From: Eledone cirrhosa
Lineage: Eukaryota
Direction of reading: 5' to 3'
DNA length: 64,000 bases
Assembly: GCA_964016885.1 (NCBI GenBank)
Contig: OZ024742.1
Location: 179,738,001 to 179,802,000, forward strand
In this document: piece after piece, positions 63,253-64,000 of the stretch
Layout: the number at the start of each line of letters is the position of its first letter
Position numbering within the stretch: position 1 is the stretch's first letter
Program-made: the position numbers and the translations under genes
The notes under the pieces: generated by a model
Told to the model about the DNA's origin: nothing
Seen by the model: the letters and a program-made list of their open reading frames with translations, nothing else
Database searches by the model: none

Positions 63253-64000
63253 AAACAGATAAACGTGTCCAGTATAAAGATATACAGGTGTGCTCAATTA
63301 GCTGGTGCTAAATGGGGTAATATCTAGTCGAATTAATTAGCTATAACTACTTTGGTTCTTATGTTCCTATAGATACGAATAGGAGTATAGATTTGATTCA
63401 TATACGATGTCCCCGTTATGTTGCACTAATGGGTTACTGGTGGTGATTATATTTCATAGATTTGTAGTGTAATTGCTAATTGATTATGCACTGCAAGGGC
63501 CTGTTATTTCCTTAAGTATGTATTTATGTTGCAAGGAGGGGTTGTCATGGGGGTTGTCCACATGCAAATAGGTAATGGTATTTCTATAGTAGGGTGCTAG
63601 AGTAGGTGTACACTTTAATGCCGCTGTTGTAGAAAAAATATGTTATGGTAGGTGTCGGATTTACAAAACATACCTCAATTTCAGACCTTCTCACGATCCA
63701 GGTATGTAAAATACGTTTTCCAACATTCATTGTACATACATATTCAGCAATAGGCACCCTAGGGTGCCATAGTACATATGCAAATGCATCCCTAGGTATA
63801 TAGAGTACATACACATCCATAAATACACACAGAATTGGCTCTTAATGAAGCATTTGAGCTGACAGTGACATACCAAAACCCACATGCCACCATTAAAGCA
63901 AAATTATTAGCATATGAAACAAGTACATAAGAAGCTCATCTTGTACCTACCCGAGCCACATATCCAACCCTTTAGCCACATAAACATATCCCCAAAGACG

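Noticed and set aside
62460-64000. Penelope RT/GIY-YIG ORF upstream of the 62363 ribozyme
   Set aside because: No long ORF or recognisable RT or endonuclease motifs by eye.

Overview
AT-rich, repeat-saturated eukaryotic DNA with no host protein-coding gene I can support. The mix of (TA)n/(CAT)n microsatellites, RTE-clade LINEs with (GAT)n tails and tRNA-derived SINEs suggests an octopus or other coleoid cephalopod (inference). Contents: at least 3 young RTE LINE families (APE endonuclease + RT with an inserted PHD-type Zn finger), older RTE/RTE-X, R4/Dong and Tigger relics, SINEs, hAT MITEs and non-autonomous Helitrons. Three layers are not explained by the ORF track. (1) About 14 type I hammerhead ribozyme motifs from about 8 sequence families sit in short non-coding elements, mostly at (TA)n. 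Many are fold-back palindromes, some carry a ribozyme on both strands, one is a tandem dimer with 465-nt spacing, and core variants occur (U3-A8, U10.1-U11.1, 50-60-nt stem II). They look like Penelope-like pseudo-LTRs or retrozymes. (2) One RTE copy lacks its RT exactly at GT..AG boundaries, consistent with a retrotransposed spliced endonuclease-only mRNA. (3) A ~7-kb palindrome is built from two identically truncated LINEs, alongside several smaller inverted duplications. All coordinates and pairings were read by eye and ribozyme activity is untested.
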